In this document: in pieces, positions 48,901 through 59,091 of the stretch
Numbering within the stretch: the stretch's first letter is position 1
Layout: each line of letters begins with the position of its first letter
Origin: Planctomycetota bacterium
Lineage (GTDB): Bacteria; Planctomycetota; UBA1135; UBA2386
Direction: 5' to 3'
DNA length: 64,000 nt
Assembly (NCBI GenBank): GCA_965223545.1
Contig: OZ245006.1
Span: 1 to 64,000, forward strand
The notes under the pieces: generated by a model
The model's input: only the letters and a program-made list of their open reading frames with translations
What the model was told of the DNA's origin: nothing
Databases searched by the model: none
Made by a program: the position numbers and the translations under genes

Positions 48901-49611
48901 GCGGGTGCCGTCCAGCGCGTGCAGCACGGTCAGGTGATCGCCCGAGAGCTCGCCGGTGTCCGACTCCTCGATCGGCAGGAAGATCTCGTCGACGCTGTGC
49001 AGCTGGGCGTTGATCAGATCCCACTCGTCCGAGCGGCGGGCGACCTCGAGCAGGACGCCGTTGACCTCGAACCGGGGCAGCCGTTCCAGCCGCTCGGCGC
49101 CCTCGAACTGCGGAGCACCGCGGTAGAACTCGAACGCACCCTGCTGCCACGTGAACAGGGAGTACAGGTCTTCGGCGGCCTGGTAGTAGGCGACGTCCTC
49201 GATCGCACCCTCGTCGATGACCCCTTCCTCGACGAGAATCTGGCCTAGGGGGCGGGGGTTTTGCCGCTGCAGATCGAGGGCGTGGCGCACCTCGTCGGGG
49301 CTGACCAAACCGGCGCGGATGAGCCGCTGGCCGAGGCGGCGGTTCTCGTTGCGACCCGAGCCGAAGTCCTTGACGAAGCCGTCCTCGAAGAAGAGCATCC
49401 GTTGCTCGAGCGGATGACTCAGCTTGAGGACGCCGACCATTTTTGACATCGCCAGGGTCTGGAAGATGTCGGACAGCTCGATCTTCTGCAGATCGCCCGA
49501 CATCGTGACCTCTTGCGCGCCGGCGTCAATCGGGATCGACGCCGGCTCGGTGAGGCCCGACAGGGACGCGGGGCCTTCGTCGAGGAGCAGGTGGTCTTGG
49601 TCTTGGCTCAT
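45967..49611 (-). CDS. DUF4388 + TPR-like + TM + PEGA + PQQ-like beta-propeller protein
   Basis: GDL..I.LSDIFQ.L, RLGQ.L, W..G.FEF (DUF4388); T.PAGA.V.ING..IG.TP (PEGA); C-terminal W-containing propeller repeats. Confidence 0.82.
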   Translation of the reverse strand: MSQDQDHLLLDEGPASLSGLTEPASIPIDAGAQEVTMSGDLQKIELSDIFQTLAMSKMVGVLKLSHPLEQRMLFFEDGFVKDFGSGRNENRRLGQRLIRAGLVSPDEVRHALDLQRQNPRPLGQILVEEGVIDEGAIEDVAYYQAAEDLYSLFTWQQGAFEFYRGAPQFEGAERLERLPRFEVNGVLLEVARRSDEWDLINAQLHSVDEIFLPIEESDTGELSGDHLTVLHALDGTRSVRELPDHTVLGLFDCARTLKDLNEWNLVELARPDELLAVAEMQRLRNDTRRAVVTLRTLVDRGEKLDLVTTRELAAAMERCAEPRMAAQTLWRKSADTQDEDPDEALELAREACRLDKRSTDILQYLLDMLLARNVEGDEPRQVTADLIEALLQEGKEERALRAVEQLENLGGDPVAILSRKAKLLQKLDRIPEAVIELTRLTEFLKQDKRREELIKVYEQIMMLDSRRRDIAKALVTLRSSARARKMRVGAIITVVAGTLFAGHSLLSGTLFERDFQGVLATLREQLDRSLTDGLPQLIANARAEFGDRPELLALERDVLAQQQRQSSDVRSSREGAIRRDLGVAANHLARGDVEAAVLLYRELLLNTEFEQLVRDASNGRLSRLPQQIEILAKSLPEQVPPPAQSTDSPERRRLVLRQIDERFQDMDRAIAQGALAAAEGALLSEWLTEGQRLALLQDCRTVLRAFDAAGNVRSTYETALSQAAVEERLQPVFLAAREHEANYDFAAALEAYRTLAREYPKNNELKQTFVRRVQRYEAILTQLRAIQAATEAGAHAQAVSGLTDLAQMEPTLPVQRLVRLPLRVETTPAGATVSINGTTIGQTPVLGSYVPDGETVVSIDRDGFQPEEVRFEGGDTARVALALAKVADWSTEMAGAVERAPVCDGRGRAYVVDRAGTVAAIDLASGVVAWKFPTGDPNGLLPSPALCGDQIAVASFDGRLRWFDARTGRLAHQVENLPCEAAPVKVGSTLLVATHHGALVGFNRGGGQAWIEGFRLDLGAGVEFDIAAVNGHAVVATRDGALHCVRVRDGRVIWRSPTSSRVAAAPHTDGHLIASVCDDGALEVRTLRSGDVVWQRRGLGELALTPVVAGDRVLVASDRNLLALAARDGEPIAFQPSEPLYCSPPAVGPGGVVLVGDRSGVVRVLDGATLQVQYLLRSDSRLLAPVAADAGGRLVLAFESGKVQGYTALSQNGR

Positions 49612-49705
49612 CGGGTGTTTCCCGGGCGCAGCCACCCCGGCGGCGACAGCGGCAGGCTTCCCGCTTCGAGCTATCGGCACTCTCTGTCTCCTCGCTCAAC
49701 CGGGC

Positions 49706-51148
49706 TTGGCGCAGCCTCCGTCCGAGCTCCTCACCATGGGTGATGGCCGCGGTCTGGCCTGGCCCGAGCTGTCGGAGATGCTGCGCGAGCGCAGTGGCGA
49801 CCGCGTGCGCGAGGCACTGCAGCAAGCCCATACCATCGGACCGAGCGCGGCGGCAGCCATCAGCCAACTGCACGGCGCCCGGCCGCGCGCCGAGCGCGGC
49901 CGGCTGATCGGCGCTCTGGCCGCGGCGCTCGGCGCCGGCAACGAGGACCGCCTGGTCGAGGCCGTCAGCGAGAGCAACAGCACGACGCAGGAACGGTTGA
50001 TGGCCCTGCTGGCAATCGCGCTCGGGCCGCGGTGTCGGACCAGCCTGCCCGGCCTGGCCGCGTGGCGCGACGAACGTCCCCCGGCGGCCGAGCGGGTGGC
50101 CCTGTGCCTGGCGCTGTCGCGCTGTGGCGAGCCACCGGCTGTCGATTGGTTCGGCACCGGTTTGCGCCAGGACCCCGGAGTGCTCGCCGCGGCGCTGATC
50201 GCCGGAGTGCGGCCGCCGGCCGCAGTGCTCGAACGCTGGACCGCGGTGGAGGACGCCGAGGTGGACGAGCGCCACTGGTTGGTCTGGCGCGGGCTGCTGG
50301 CGGCGCCCGCGGCCGCTGGGCTGGCGAGCTGGCAGGCGGCGGTGGGCCGGCGCGCGCTCGCCACCGCCGCCGATTCGGCCGCCGACCTCCGCGCGGCGGC
50401 GGCGGCCTGGGTGGCGCGCAACCCCTCCGCTCTCGACACGCGGCCGCAAGCCGCGCTGCTGCGGGTGATCGCCGGCTCGGCGGCCGGCCGCGCCCGCGCG
50501 CAGGAGCTCGGCGCGCTGGTCGCCGTGCCGTCCAGCCGGTTCGAGCTCGAGCTGCGCCGGGCTCTGGCGGTCCAGTTCGCGCTGGCCGCGCCGCTGCCCG
50601 CCCTGCAGGTCGCCGCGGTCGAGTGGCGACAGGCCCCCGAACTCAGCGGCGACGTCTGCCTGGCGCTGGCGCTGCGTTGTCTCATCCGCGCCGCGGACCG
50701 CGCAGCGATCGGCGCGCTTTGCATCGGCGGCCCGCTCGACCGCGTCGAGGAGGCCTGGTGGGTGTCGGTGATCGTCGGCGCCGCCACCAGTTCCGAACCG
50801 CCCGCCGGCCTCCCCCCGGTGCTGGCCGCCACCGCCGCGTTGGCGCTCGAGGGGCGGGCCGGTGAAGAGTCCATCGGCCGGCAGCTGGAACTCGAGCTGT
50901 GGCAGCGCGGGACCCACCCGGGCCGGGCGCTCTACGCCGTGCACGCCGTGCTGGTGCGCGACTTGTTGGTGACCGGCTCGATCTACGTGGAGAAGCGGTT
51001 GGGGCGGGTGCGCTCGTTCGACTATCTGCCGCCCGGCCTGGAGCGCGGGGACCGCACACTGTTCGAGCCGCTCTACGAGTTCTTCGAGTGGCGCGCGGAC
51101 CTGGGACTGGTGCCGGCCGAGTACGCGCTCGCGCCGCGTTCCGGCTGA
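49706..51148 (+). CDS. Ala/Leu-rich helical hypothetical protein (start uncertain)
   Basis: Long ORF divergent from the DUF4388 gene. Confidence 0.55.
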   Translation: MAQPPSELLTMGDGRGLAWPELSEMLRERSGDRVREALQQAHTIGPSAAAAISQLHGARPRAERGRLIGALAAALGAGNEDRLVEAVSESNSTTQERLMALLAIALGPRCRTSLPGLAAWRDERPPAAERVALCLALSRCGEPPAVDWFGTGLRQDPGVLAAALIAGVRPPAAVLERWTAVEDAEVDERHWLVWRGLLAAPAAAGLASWQAAVGRRALATAADSAADLRAAAAAWVARNPSALDTRPQAALLRVIAGSAAGRARAQELGALVAVPSSRFELELRRALAVQFALAAPLPALQVAAVEWRQAPELSGDVCLALALRCLIRAADRAAIGALCIGGPLDRVEEAWWVSVIVGAATSSEPPAGLPPVLAATAALALEGRAGEESIGRQLELELWQRGTHPGRALYAVHAVLVRDLLVTGSIYVEKRLGRVRSFDYLPPGLERGDRTLFEPLYEFFEWRADLGLVPAEYALAPRSG

Positions 51149-51196
51149 CAGGGTCTCGCCGCACGGCGCGGCGCCGCTGATCTCAGTGTTGGCGGC

Positions 51197-52312
51197 TCAG
51201 CCGTCGATGCCGAGCGCGGCGAGCACCGCGCGCATGTCGGCTTCGGTGTTGGTGGGACCAGGGCTGATGCGGATGGTTCCGGCGTGTTCGGTGCCCAGGG
51301 CGCGATGCACCCAAGGGGCACAGTGGTGGCCGGTCCGCGCGTGGATGCCGGCCTCGGCGAGCAGCACCCCCGCCTCGGCGGAATCGAGATGACTGCAGCA
51401 GAAGCTGAGCACCGCGGTGCGCGGCCCGGCGTCCGGACCGTGGCAGGTCGCCACGCCGCTGGCGACCAGCGCGGCGCGGAGCTGGTCGACCAAGCGCAGC
51501 TGTCCCGGCAGGGCTTGTGGGCGACCCTCCAGCCAACACAGCGCCGCCTGCAGACCGAAGATCGCCGGAGTGTTCGGCGTGCCGGCCTCGAGCGCGTGCG
51601 GCCATTGTTCGGGATGTTGTTCGAGCGCGCGCGCGCTGCCGGTGCCGCCTTGCTTGTGCGAGGTCAGCGCGATGTCATCGCCCGCGGCCAAGAAGCCGAG
51701 ACCCGGCGGGCCGTGCAGTGCCTTGTGCGCGGAGGCGACGACGATGTCCGCGCCGACGGCGATCGGCAGCGCGCCGGCGGTCTGGCTGGCATCGAGAAGG
51801 CTGGTGCAGTCCTGGGACCGGGCCAGGCTGCACAGCTCGGCCGCTGGCTGCACCGCGCCGTGCACGTTGCTGGCGTGGGAGAAGGCGAGCAGCCGGGTGG
51901 GCGCGCGCGCCAGTGCCGCGGCGGCGGCCGCCAGCGGGATGCGGCCGTCCGCGTCGGCGGCCAGCACCTCGACGGCCAGGCCGAGGGGGCCGCGGAGGGC
52001 GAGTAGCGGTCGGACCAGCGAGGCGTGCTCGAGCTCGGTGGTGACCACGCGGTCGCCTTGCCGGAGCACGCCGCGCAAGGCGAGATTGAGCGCCTCGGTC
52101 GCGCCCGACGTGAACGCCAGCCGCCGCTCGTCGACGCCGCACAGCCGCGCCAGGCGCCGGCGCGCGTCGGCGACGACGCCGGCGACTTCTTCGCGCGCGG
52201 GGCTGTCGCCGCGCTCGGCACTGACGCCGAGGTGTCGCAGCCAACGGTCCATGGCCGCGAGCACCGGCTCGGGTTTGGGAAAGCTGGTCGCAGCGTGGTC
52301 GAGGTAGATCAT
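51197..52312 (-). CDS. Class V aminotransferase / cysteine desulfurase family
   Basis: IYLDHAATS, FTSGATE, DASQT, SAHK, EAGTPN, RTGHHCAP. Confidence 0.92.
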   Translation of the reverse strand: MIYLDHAATSFPKPEPVLAAMDRWLRHLGVSAERGDSPAREEVAGVVADARRRLARLCGVDERRLAFTSGATEALNLALRGVLRQGDRVVTTELEHASLVRPLLALRGPLGLAVEVLAADADGRIPLAAAAAALARAPTRLLAFSHASNVHGAVQPAAELCSLARSQDCTSLLDASQTAGALPIAVGADIVVASAHKALHGPPGLGFLAAGDDIALTSHKQGGTGSARALEQHPEQWPHALEAGTPNTPAIFGLQAALCWLEGRPQALPGQLRLVDQLRAALVASGVATCHGPDAGPRTAVLSFCCSHLDSAEAGVLLAEAGIHARTGHHCAPWVHRALGTEHAGTIRISPGPTNTEADMRAVLAALGIDG

Positions 52313-53349
52313 CGCGCGCCGACGTGGCGGTCGTAGAGCGCCTGCGCGCGCTGCGGTGAGCCGGCGCCGAAGATCAGCGCCCGGCCGCCGGGAAACACGC
52401 TGAACCGACTGCCCTCAGCCGAGAACCGCAGCAGGTGCGGAGTGCGCTCGACCGCGATCGAGGCCGCGGCGAGGTGGTGGGCGAGGGTCTCCAGATCGAG
52501 CCCGCGGTCGGGTGGCGGGCGTATTTGAACGGCGTCGCGCCCGCAGAGCTCGACCGTCGGCGCCGCGTCGTCCTCGAGCGCCGGCCAACGCCCACCGGCG
52601 CAGACCGGGCAGTCGTCGGCAGGTGGCGCAGAGAGCAGGCGAACGCGGTACTCGGCGCGCCAGGGGTCGACTTCCAAGACCCCGCTCGGCGGCGCCGCAT
52701 CGCCCTCGACCAGCAGGCGCAGGAGCTGGCCGCACTGGAACGCGGTGACCGTCGCGACGACGGGCTGCAGCACGCCTTCGGTCTCGCAGCTGCCGGCCTC
52801 CACCGGCGCGGGCGCCTGCGGGATCAGGCAACGCAGGCACGGGCCGCGGTCGGGCCGGAACACCGCCGCGGTACCGCGGCTGCCGAGCACGCCTCCGTAC
52901 GCCCAAGGGCGCTGGGCGCGCCGCGCCAAGTCGTTGATCAAGTAGCGGGTGGCGAAGTTGTCGGTGCCGTCGACGATCGCATCCGGCGGCTCCGGCAGGC
53001 CGTCGAACAGATGGGCGTCGAACTGGTCGACCCAGGCGTGGGTCTCGCAGTCGCCGTTGATCGCCGCCAAGCGCTCAGCGGCGGCGATCGCCTTCGGCCG
53101 GCCGTGCGCGGCGTCGGCTTCGTCGAACAACAGCTGTCGCTGCAGGTTGTCGAGGCTGACGACGTCGCGGTCGACGAGCCACAGGCGCCCGACGCCCGCG
53201 CGCGCCAGCGCCGAGGCAGCGTGCGTGCCGAGCGCGCCGACCCCGACGACGAGCACGGTGGCCCGCCGGATGCGTTGCTGGCCCGCTTCGCCGATCGGCG
53301 CGAACCGCGTCTGGGGCGCGTAGCGCCGGTCGCCAGCGGTCCCGCTCAG
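52309..53349 (-). CDS. ThiF/MoeB family adenylyltransferase (possible CTG start)
   Basis: RY..Q, GVGALG, DRD.V...NLQRQ, DGTDNF.TRY, CxxC, C...GV, CxxC. Confidence 0.9.
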   Translation of the reverse strand: MSGTAGDRRYAPQTRFAPIGEAGQQRIRRATVLVVGVGALGTHAASALARAGVGRLWLVDRDVVSLDNLQRQLLFDEADAAHGRPKAIAAAERLAAINGDCETHAWVDQFDAHLFDGLPEPPDAIVDGTDNFATRYLINDLARRAQRPWAYGGVLGSRGTAAVFRPDRGPCLRCLIPQAPAPVEAGSCETEGVLQPVVATVTAFQCGQLLRLLVEGDAAPPSGVLEVDPWRAEYRVRLLSAPPADDCPVCAGGRWPALEDDAAPTVELCGRDAVQIRPPPDRGLDLETLAHHLAAASIAVERTPHLLRFSAEGSRFSVFPGGRALIFGAGSPQRAQALYDRHVGAR

Positions 53350-53597
53350 CCGGACTTCTTGGCGAAGTACTCGGCGTTCACCCGCGTGAAGTCGTTCCAC
53401 TCCTCGGGCAGGTCCTCTTCGGCAAAGATCGCCTGCACCGGGCAGGCGTCGACGCACAGAGTGCAATCGATGCAGTCGTTGGGATCGATGTACAGCTGTG
53501 GGTCGCCGTCTTCACCGTGGATGCAGTCCACGGGGCAGACGTCGACACAGGCCTTGTCCTTGACGTCGATGCAGGGTTGGGCGATGACGTGCGTCAT
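53346..53597 (-). CDS. Ferredoxin (7Fe/dicluster type)
   Basis: C...KD.ACV.VCPVDCI and CIDC.LC...CPV.AI. Confidence 0.95.
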   Translation of the reverse strand: MTHVIAQPCIDVKDKACVDVCPVDCIHGEDGDPQLYIDPNDCIDCTLCVDACPVQAIFAEEDLPEEWNDFTRVNAEYFAKKSG

Positions 53598-53705
53598 AGG
53601 GATCGAGTTCTACGGAGGGGGGAAGCGATGGGCACCGGGCCCGGCGCGGACGATAAGCCGGGAATCGCATTCCGGCAAAGCAGATCTCCGGCCGGCACGG
53701 TCGGG

Positions 53706-53792
53706 TGGTGCGGAAGGGGGGACTCGAACCCCCACGGGCTCTCGCCCACAGGAACCTAAATCCTGCGCGTCTACCAGTTCCGCCACTCCCGC
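53706..53792 (-). tRNA. tRNA-Leu(TAG)
   Basis: GCGGGAGTGGCGGAACTGGTAGACGC...CAGGA-TTTAGGT-TCCTG, long variable arm, GTTCGAGTC, ends ACCA. Confidence 0.96.
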
Positions 53793-53890
53793 GGCAGGAG
53801 CGTGCGATGGTAGCGGGTGGGGGCCCTCGCGCAAGCGGGTCGACCCAGCCTCGCCCGCCTCGGTGCGGCCGCGCGTTCCCGGGGCCGCGG

Positions 53891-54625
53891 TCAGTGCTCG
53901 ATCGCCTGGCTGTGCTCGGTCATCCGCACCGCGACCACGCTGAGCAGGTCCTTGATGTGCGCCTCGACCTTGTTCACCGCCATCACGTTGTCGATGACGA
54001 TCGCCTCGCGCTTCGACGAGGGGTAGAAGATCAGCCGGCCGCTGCGCAGGAGCGCGAACTCGAGCAGGTCGTAGATCTCCTTGGTCACCAGCAGGCCCGA
54101 GGTCGGGATGCGGGTGATGTCGCCGAGGTAGCCGTGGTGGTGCAACAGCTCGCGGTGGTTGATCTCGTAGTAGTTGAAGCGGGTGTTGATGAACACCGTC
54201 AGCAGCATCGCCGCCAGGAGCGCACTGACGAAGCCGTAGAACTGCGTGTTCATCCGGATATCGACGTGCGCCAGCGCCTCCTTGATCCCGGTGAACCAGC
54301 CCCACTGCGAGTTCGCCCAGCCGATGCCGAGCACGACGGCGACCGCGGCGATCAGGATGGTGATCGTCTTGATCCGCGAGAAGTCGAAGGCGAACACCAG
54401 CAGGTTGAAGGCGAACACCAGCATGAACCAGTTGCCCATCCACGCGACCCCCGTGGTGGCGCCGTGCTCCGAGAACATCGAGATCAACCAGAAAATGGTC
54501 GCGGCGATGAACGTCGGATAGAGGAAGACGACCTTGGGCCAGGGGCGAATGATCAGGCTGGCCGACAGGCCCTGCGGCTTCGTCGAGGGCGCGGGCTGCG
54601 CGGGAGGGGCGGCGGACTCGGTCAT
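53891..54625 (-). CDS. Conserved-looking membrane protein with soluble C-terminal domain
   Basis: Four TM segments; strong codon bias. Confidence 0.75.
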   Translation of the reverse strand: MTESAAPPAQPAPSTKPQGLSASLIIRPWPKVVFLYPTFIAATIFWLISMFSEHGATTGVAWMGNWFMLVFAFNLLVFAFDFSRIKTITILIAAVAVVLGIGWANSQWGWFTGIKEALAHVDIRMNTQFYGFVSALLAAMLLTVFINTRFNYYEINHRELLHHHGYLGDITRIPTSGLLVTKEIYDLLEFALLRSGRLIFYPSSKREAIVIDNVMAVNKVEAHIKDLLSVVAVRMTEHSQAIEH

Positions 54626-54804
54626 CGGCGGTATCAGCGGATCGTCGGGAGGAACGCGAAGCGTGCGCGCGCGAGCCGAAACCGGCGGCGCGGCGCGCCG
54701 TGCAGTAGAGGCCACGCGGCGTTGGATTCAACGGGCGCCACAGAAAGCGACTTTCGAGCTGGGTTCTGCTAAATCTGAGAACTACTGCGACCGTAGTTCG
54801 CCGC

Positions 54805-56955
54805 ATGCTGGCTCGCCTTTCCATTTTGCCCAAACTCTCATCGCACGGACGCCGGCCTGGCGGGGCCGCAGCGGAGGGGCGGCGGGGAGCGGCCAGCGCT
54901 TCCGCCCGGGCCGGTTGGGCGGTCTTCGGCGCCACGCTCGCCCTCGCAGCGGCCCTGGTGGCGCCGCTGCCGGCGCAGGAGCCCGAACCCGCCGAAGCGC
55001 GGGTGATCGTCGTGCCGGTCAAAGGCATGATCGACGACGTCACCGCCTACCAGATCCAGAGCAGCTTGCGGGAGGCGCGATCGCGGGGCATCGCCCGCAT
55101 CGTGCTGGAGATCGACACACCCGGTGGGCTGGTCGAGTCGAGTGCGGAGATCGAGAGCGCCCTGCGGAGCCTGTCCCGGGCCGAAGTCCAGGTGATCGCC
55201 TTCGTCGAGCACAAGGCGCAGTCGGCCGGTGCCTACGTCGCCTTGGCCTGCGCAGAGATCTACATGGCGCCGGGTGCGTCGATCGGCGCGATGGTGCCGG
55301 TGCTCGCGGGCCCCGGCGGGATCCAGGCGATCGGCGACGAGGAGGTCCGCGCCAAGATCGTCGCCGCCCTGCGTGGCGATGTGCGCGCGATGGTCGAGCG
55401 CCGCGGCAACGCGCGCCCCGGCTTGACGCTGCTCGCCGAGGCGATGGTCGATCCCGACCTCGAGGTCTTCGAGGTGTCGTGGCTCGACGCCGGCGGCATC
55501 GAGACCAGCGAGATCGTCGACGCCCGCGGGCTGGCGAAGCTGCGCGAGCAGGGCGTCGAGATCACCGAGGAACGCGCGTTCCCGACCCGGCCGCTGGTCC
55601 TGAGCGCCGGCGAAGCAGTGCGCGTCGGGTTGTCGAGCGGGACCATCGGCTCGGTGCGCGAGCTGGTGCGCGAGGAGCTGATGGTGCCGATCGAGTCGAT
55701 CGTGCGCCGCGACGTCAGCTGGTCCGAAGAGGCGGTCGCGTTCTTGAACTCGATGAAGCCCGTGCTGTTCGTGCTCGGGTTTCTGTTCTTGATGCTGGAG
55801 CTGAAGACGCCGGGGTTCGCCGTCCCCGGGGCGATCGGCGTCGCCCTGCTGGCGTTGGCCATGTTCAGCAGCTACCTGGTCGGTCTGGCGGAGTGGCAGG
55901 AGGTCCTGCTGTTCTTCGCCGGGATCGCTCTGGTCGGCGTCGAGGTGTTCGTGATGCCCGGCATGCTGGTGTTCGGGTTCGCGGGCCTGCTCTGCATCGT
56001 GATGGGTTTGCTGCTGTCGCAGCAGAGCTTCTTCATCCCGGAGACCGCCGCGCAGCACGACATCCTGCTCGCCAACCTCGTCAACATGCTGCTGTTGACG
56101 TTGGCGGTGATCGTCGGCGCGATCGCGCTCTGGCGCCTGCTGCCGCACGTGCCGATCGCGAACCGCGTGCTGCTGCCTCCGCCGAACCGGCCGATGTCCG
56201 GCGGTCAAGTGCTCGGCGGCGCGGCCGCGCGCAGTGCCGACTTGGTCGGCAAGCGCGGCGTCGCAGTGACCGACCTGCGGCCGACCGGATCGGTGGAGAT
56301 CGACGGCGAGTGGCACGACGCGGTCACCGACGGCAGCTACGTCGGCAAGGGAGCGACGGTCGCCGTCCGGGGGGTCGAGTACAACCAACTGCTGGTCGAG
56401 CTGGAAGCCGGCGGTGCCGAAGCGCGCGGCGAGGTCAACTTCGGCACCCTGATGCTGATCTGGATCGTCGGCCTGTGCCTGGTGATCGCCGAGGTCTTCT
56501 TTCCCTCGTTCGGTGTTTTGTCGGTGCTGGCTGCGCTGGCGTTCGTCGCCGCGATCTTCTTCGCCTACACCCAAGACACGGTCATGGGCCATGTCTTCCT
56601 CGTGCTGTCCGCGGTGGGTGCCCCACTCGCCGCGCTGGGCGCGCTGCGGGTGTTGCCGCACACCCCGTTCGGCGGGTGGCTCATGCTGAAGGGCCCGCGG
56701 CGCGAGGACGTGGCCGGCTCCGGGGTCGAGCCCGGCCTGCAGCGCTATGCCGGCCAGCGCGGCCACGCCCTCACCGCGCTGCGCCCGGCCGGCATCGCCC
56801 GCATCGACGGCGCGCGGGTCGACGTCGTCACCCGCGGCGAGCTCGTCGACAAGGATCAACCGGTGGTCGTCATCGAGGTGGAGGGCAACCGCGTGGTGGT
56901 CGCTCCAGTCCGCGATGCCGAGCCGACCTCTGCGGCCTCAGGGCCGAGCGAATAG
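54805..56955 (+). CDS. NfeD-family protein (ClpP-like domain + TM + OB fold) fused to a second short NfeD unit
   Basis: DTPGG, A.SAGA..ALAC; two T.LRP.G...IDG...D.VT OB-fold motifs; upstream of floA. Confidence 0.85.
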   Translation: MLARLSILPKLSSHGRRPGGAAAEGRRGAASASARAGWAVFGATLALAAALVAPLPAQEPEPAEARVIVVPVKGMIDDVTAYQIQSSLREARSRGIARIVLEIDTPGGLVESSAEIESALRSLSRAEVQVIAFVEHKAQSAGAYVALACAEIYMAPGASIGAMVPVLAGPGGIQAIGDEEVRAKIVAALRGDVRAMVERRGNARPGLTLLAEAMVDPDLEVFEVSWLDAGGIETSEIVDARGLAKLREQGVEITEERAFPTRPLVLSAGEAVRVGLSSGTIGSVRELVREELMVPIESIVRRDVSWSEEAVAFLNSMKPVLFVLGFLFLMLELKTPGFAVPGAIGVALLALAMFSSYLVGLAEWQEVLLFFAGIALVGVEVFVMPGMLVFGFAGLLCIVMGLLLSQQSFFIPETAAQHDILLANLVNMLLLTLAVIVGAIALWRLLPHVPIANRVLLPPPNRPMSGGQVLGGAAARSADLVGKRGVAVTDLRPTGSVEIDGEWHDAVTDGSYVGKGATVAVRGVEYNQLLVELEAGGAEARGEVNFGTLMLIWIVGLCLVIAEVFFPSFGVLSVLAALAFVAAIFFAYTQDTVMGHVFLVLSAVGAPLAALGALRVLPHTPFGGWLMLKGPRREDVAGSGVEPGLQRYAGQRGHALTALRPAGIARIDGARVDVVTRGELVDKDQPVVVIEVEGNRVVVAPVRDAEPTSAASGPSE

Positions 56956-56968
56956 GAGTGATGTCTTG

Positions 56969-58030
56969 ATGTTCGTTGCGCAGTCCAACTCGTTCAGCGA
57001 CTGGTGGCCGTGGGTCGTCGGCTTCCTGCTGCTGCTGTTCTTGATCATCGCGGTCGTCCTGCTCAAGTTCATCAACCTGTGGATCCAGGCCTACCTGTCG
57101 CGAACCAAGGTGAGCCTGTTCAGCCTGGTGGGAATGCAGCTGCGCAAGGTCAACCCGACGGTGGTGGTGCGCGGCATGATCTCGGCGACCCAGGCGGGGA
57201 TCGAGCTCGACGTGCGCGAGGTCGAGGCCCACTACCTGGCGGGCGGCAACGTGCTCAACGTGGTCGGCGCGCTGATCGCGGCCGATCGCGCCAACCTCGG
57301 CCTGGATTTTCGACGGGCGGCGGCGATCGATCTCGCCGGCCGCGACGTGCTCGAGGCGGTGCAGACCTGCGTCAATCCGAAGGTCATCGACTGCCCGCCC
57401 GATATCAACCGCAAGGTGGCGGCGATGGCGAAGAACGGCATTCAGGTGCTGGCGCGGGCGCGCGTGACGGTGCGCACCAATATCGATCGGCTGATCGGCG
57501 GCGCCACGGAGGAGACCATCATCGCCCGCGTCGGCGAGGGCATCGTCTCGTCGATCGGCTCGTCGGGCAGCCACAAGGACGTGCTCGAGAACCCCGATGC
57601 GATCAGCAAGAAGGTGCTCGACCGCGGTCTCCACTCGGGCACGGCGTTCGAGATCCTCTCGATCGACATCGCCGACGTCGACGTCGGCGACAACATCGGT
57701 GCGCGGTTGCAGGCCGAGCAGGCCGAGGCCGACAAGCGCATCGCGCAAGCGGCGGCCGAAGGGCGCCGCGCGATGGCGGTCGCCGCCGAGCAGGAGAACG
57801 CCGCCACGGTGATGGAGAACCGGGCCAAGCTGGTGCTGGCCGAGGCCGAAGTGCCGCGCGCCATGGCCGACGCGTTCCGCAGCGGCAACCTCGGCGTGTT
57901 CGACTACTTCAAGATGAAGAACCTGGAGTCCGACACGAAGATGCGCTCGCAGATCGCCGCGGGTGAAGAGTTCCACGTGCAGGAAGACCGCGACCGGGGC
58001 AAGGTCAAGGGCGACCCCAAAGACGAGTGA
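56969..58030 (+). CDS. floA: Flotillin-like protein FloA (YqfA/UPF0365)
   Basis: [51 protein letters not shown]. Confidence 0.93.
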   Translation: MFVAQSNSFSDWWPWVVGFLLLLFLIIAVVLLKFINLWIQAYLSRTKVSLFSLVGMQLRKVNPTVVVRGMISATQAGIELDVREVEAHYLAGGNVLNVVGALIAADRANLGLDFRRAAAIDLAGRDVLEAVQTCVNPKVIDCPPDINRKVAAMAKNGIQVLARARVTVRTNIDRLIGGATEETIIARVGEGIVSSIGSSGSHKDVLENPDAISKKVLDRGLHSGTAFEILSIDIADVDVGDNIGARLQAEQAEADKRIAQAAAEGRRAMAVAAEQENAATVMENRAKLVLAEAEVPRAMADAFRSGNLGVFDYFKMKNLESDTKMRSQIAAGEEFHVQEDRDRGKVKGDPKDE

Positions 58031-58650
58031 GCGACCTGATCCAGCTGCTCACCGACAACCCGTTGTTGGTGTTGATCGTCGTCGCCACCCTGCTGCAGGC
58101 CCTGGGTGGCCTGGCGGCCGGCGCGGCGAAGAAGGCGAGCCAGTCGGGTAAGCGCGCGTCACCGCCGCCGGCGGCGAGCCCGACTCGGCCGGCCGCCGCA
58201 CCCCCAGCGCAGCCCCGAGCCCAACCGCGCGCCGCGCCGGTGGCGAGACCGCGGCCCAGCAACCGGGGGCGGGCCGCCGAGGAGGTCGCACGGGAGCTCC
58301 GGCGCGCTCTGGGTATGGATCCCGAGCCGCCGACACCGACCGGCGAGCACGCGCCGGTGGAGCCGCCGCGACCACGACCCCTCGCCCCGTCCCCGCCTCC
58401 GCTGACCGGCGGCAGTCCGCTGCAGACCGTCGAAGTGCGCACCGCGACCAGCTCACCGCAGGCCGGTGTGCCACCCGCACTCGTGCCCCGGCATTCCACC
58501 CAATCCCCGCTCCGCCCCCAATCTCGACCTCGACCCCCTCGCGTCCCCCGGCCCCAGGGCAAGCTCTACGACCGAACGATGGGCCCAGTCCGCGCCATCG
58601 TCATGGGCGAGATCTACGGTCCTCCCCGCTCGCTGCGCGGCTGGGACTGA
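58027..58650 (+). CDS. Pro-rich membrane-anchored protein (floA operon third gene)
   Basis: GTG start overlapping the floA stop; C-terminal [11 protein letters not shown] motif. Confidence 0.65.
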   Translation: MSDLIQLLTDNPLLVLIVVATLLQALGGLAAGAAKKASQSGKRASPPPAASPTRPAAAPPAQPRAQPRAAPVARPRPSNRGRAAEEVARELRRALGMDPEPPTPTGEHAPVEPPRPRPLAPSPPPLTGGSPLQTVEVRTATSSPQAGVPPALVPRHSTQSPLRPQSRPRPPRVPRPQGKLYDRTMGPVRAIVMGEIYGPPRSLRGWD

Positions 58651-58714
58651 CGCCCCAGGGCATCCCACCTGATGGTACGGAGCCAGGCTCCGTACCATCA
58701 CGCGCTCGTTCCCA

Positions 58715-59089
58715 CTAGCGAAGTAGGTCGGGTACTCGATCAAGCGCATGCGCCAGCCGGCGGGCCGCCCGGTGGGGGGACAGCAGGCGCTGCAGTGGAT
58801 GGTCCGCGGCGGCGAACCGGCGCAGCCGCCGGCTCTCCGCGGAGGCCGTGCGGCGCAGTGTGCCGACAGCGTGCGGCACGCCGTGGGTGAGGTCGGTGCC
58901 GATGCGGTCGACGATCCGTGCCGTTCCCAGGCGCAACCGCTCGAGACGGCCGCCGATGTCACGGTCCAGCAGGCTCGCGCGCTCGGAGGTCGCGCACGCT
59001 CCGAGGCAAAGCAGCAGTGGCAGCAGCGGAGTCGCTCTGGGGTTGGTGGTCACGGCAAGCGTTGCTTTTTCGCGGGACTTCGTCGCCAT
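58715..59089 (-). CDS. Small putative lipoprotein
   Basis: LLLCLGAC lipobox; follows the Lol-type permease. Confidence 0.5.
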   Translation of the reverse strand: MATKSREKATLAVTTNPRATPLLPLLLCLGACATSERASLLDRDIGGRLERLRLGTARIVDRIGTDLTHGVPHAVGTLRRTASAESRRLRRFAAADHPLQRLLSPHRAARRLAHALDRVPDLLR

Positions 59090-59091
59090 CG

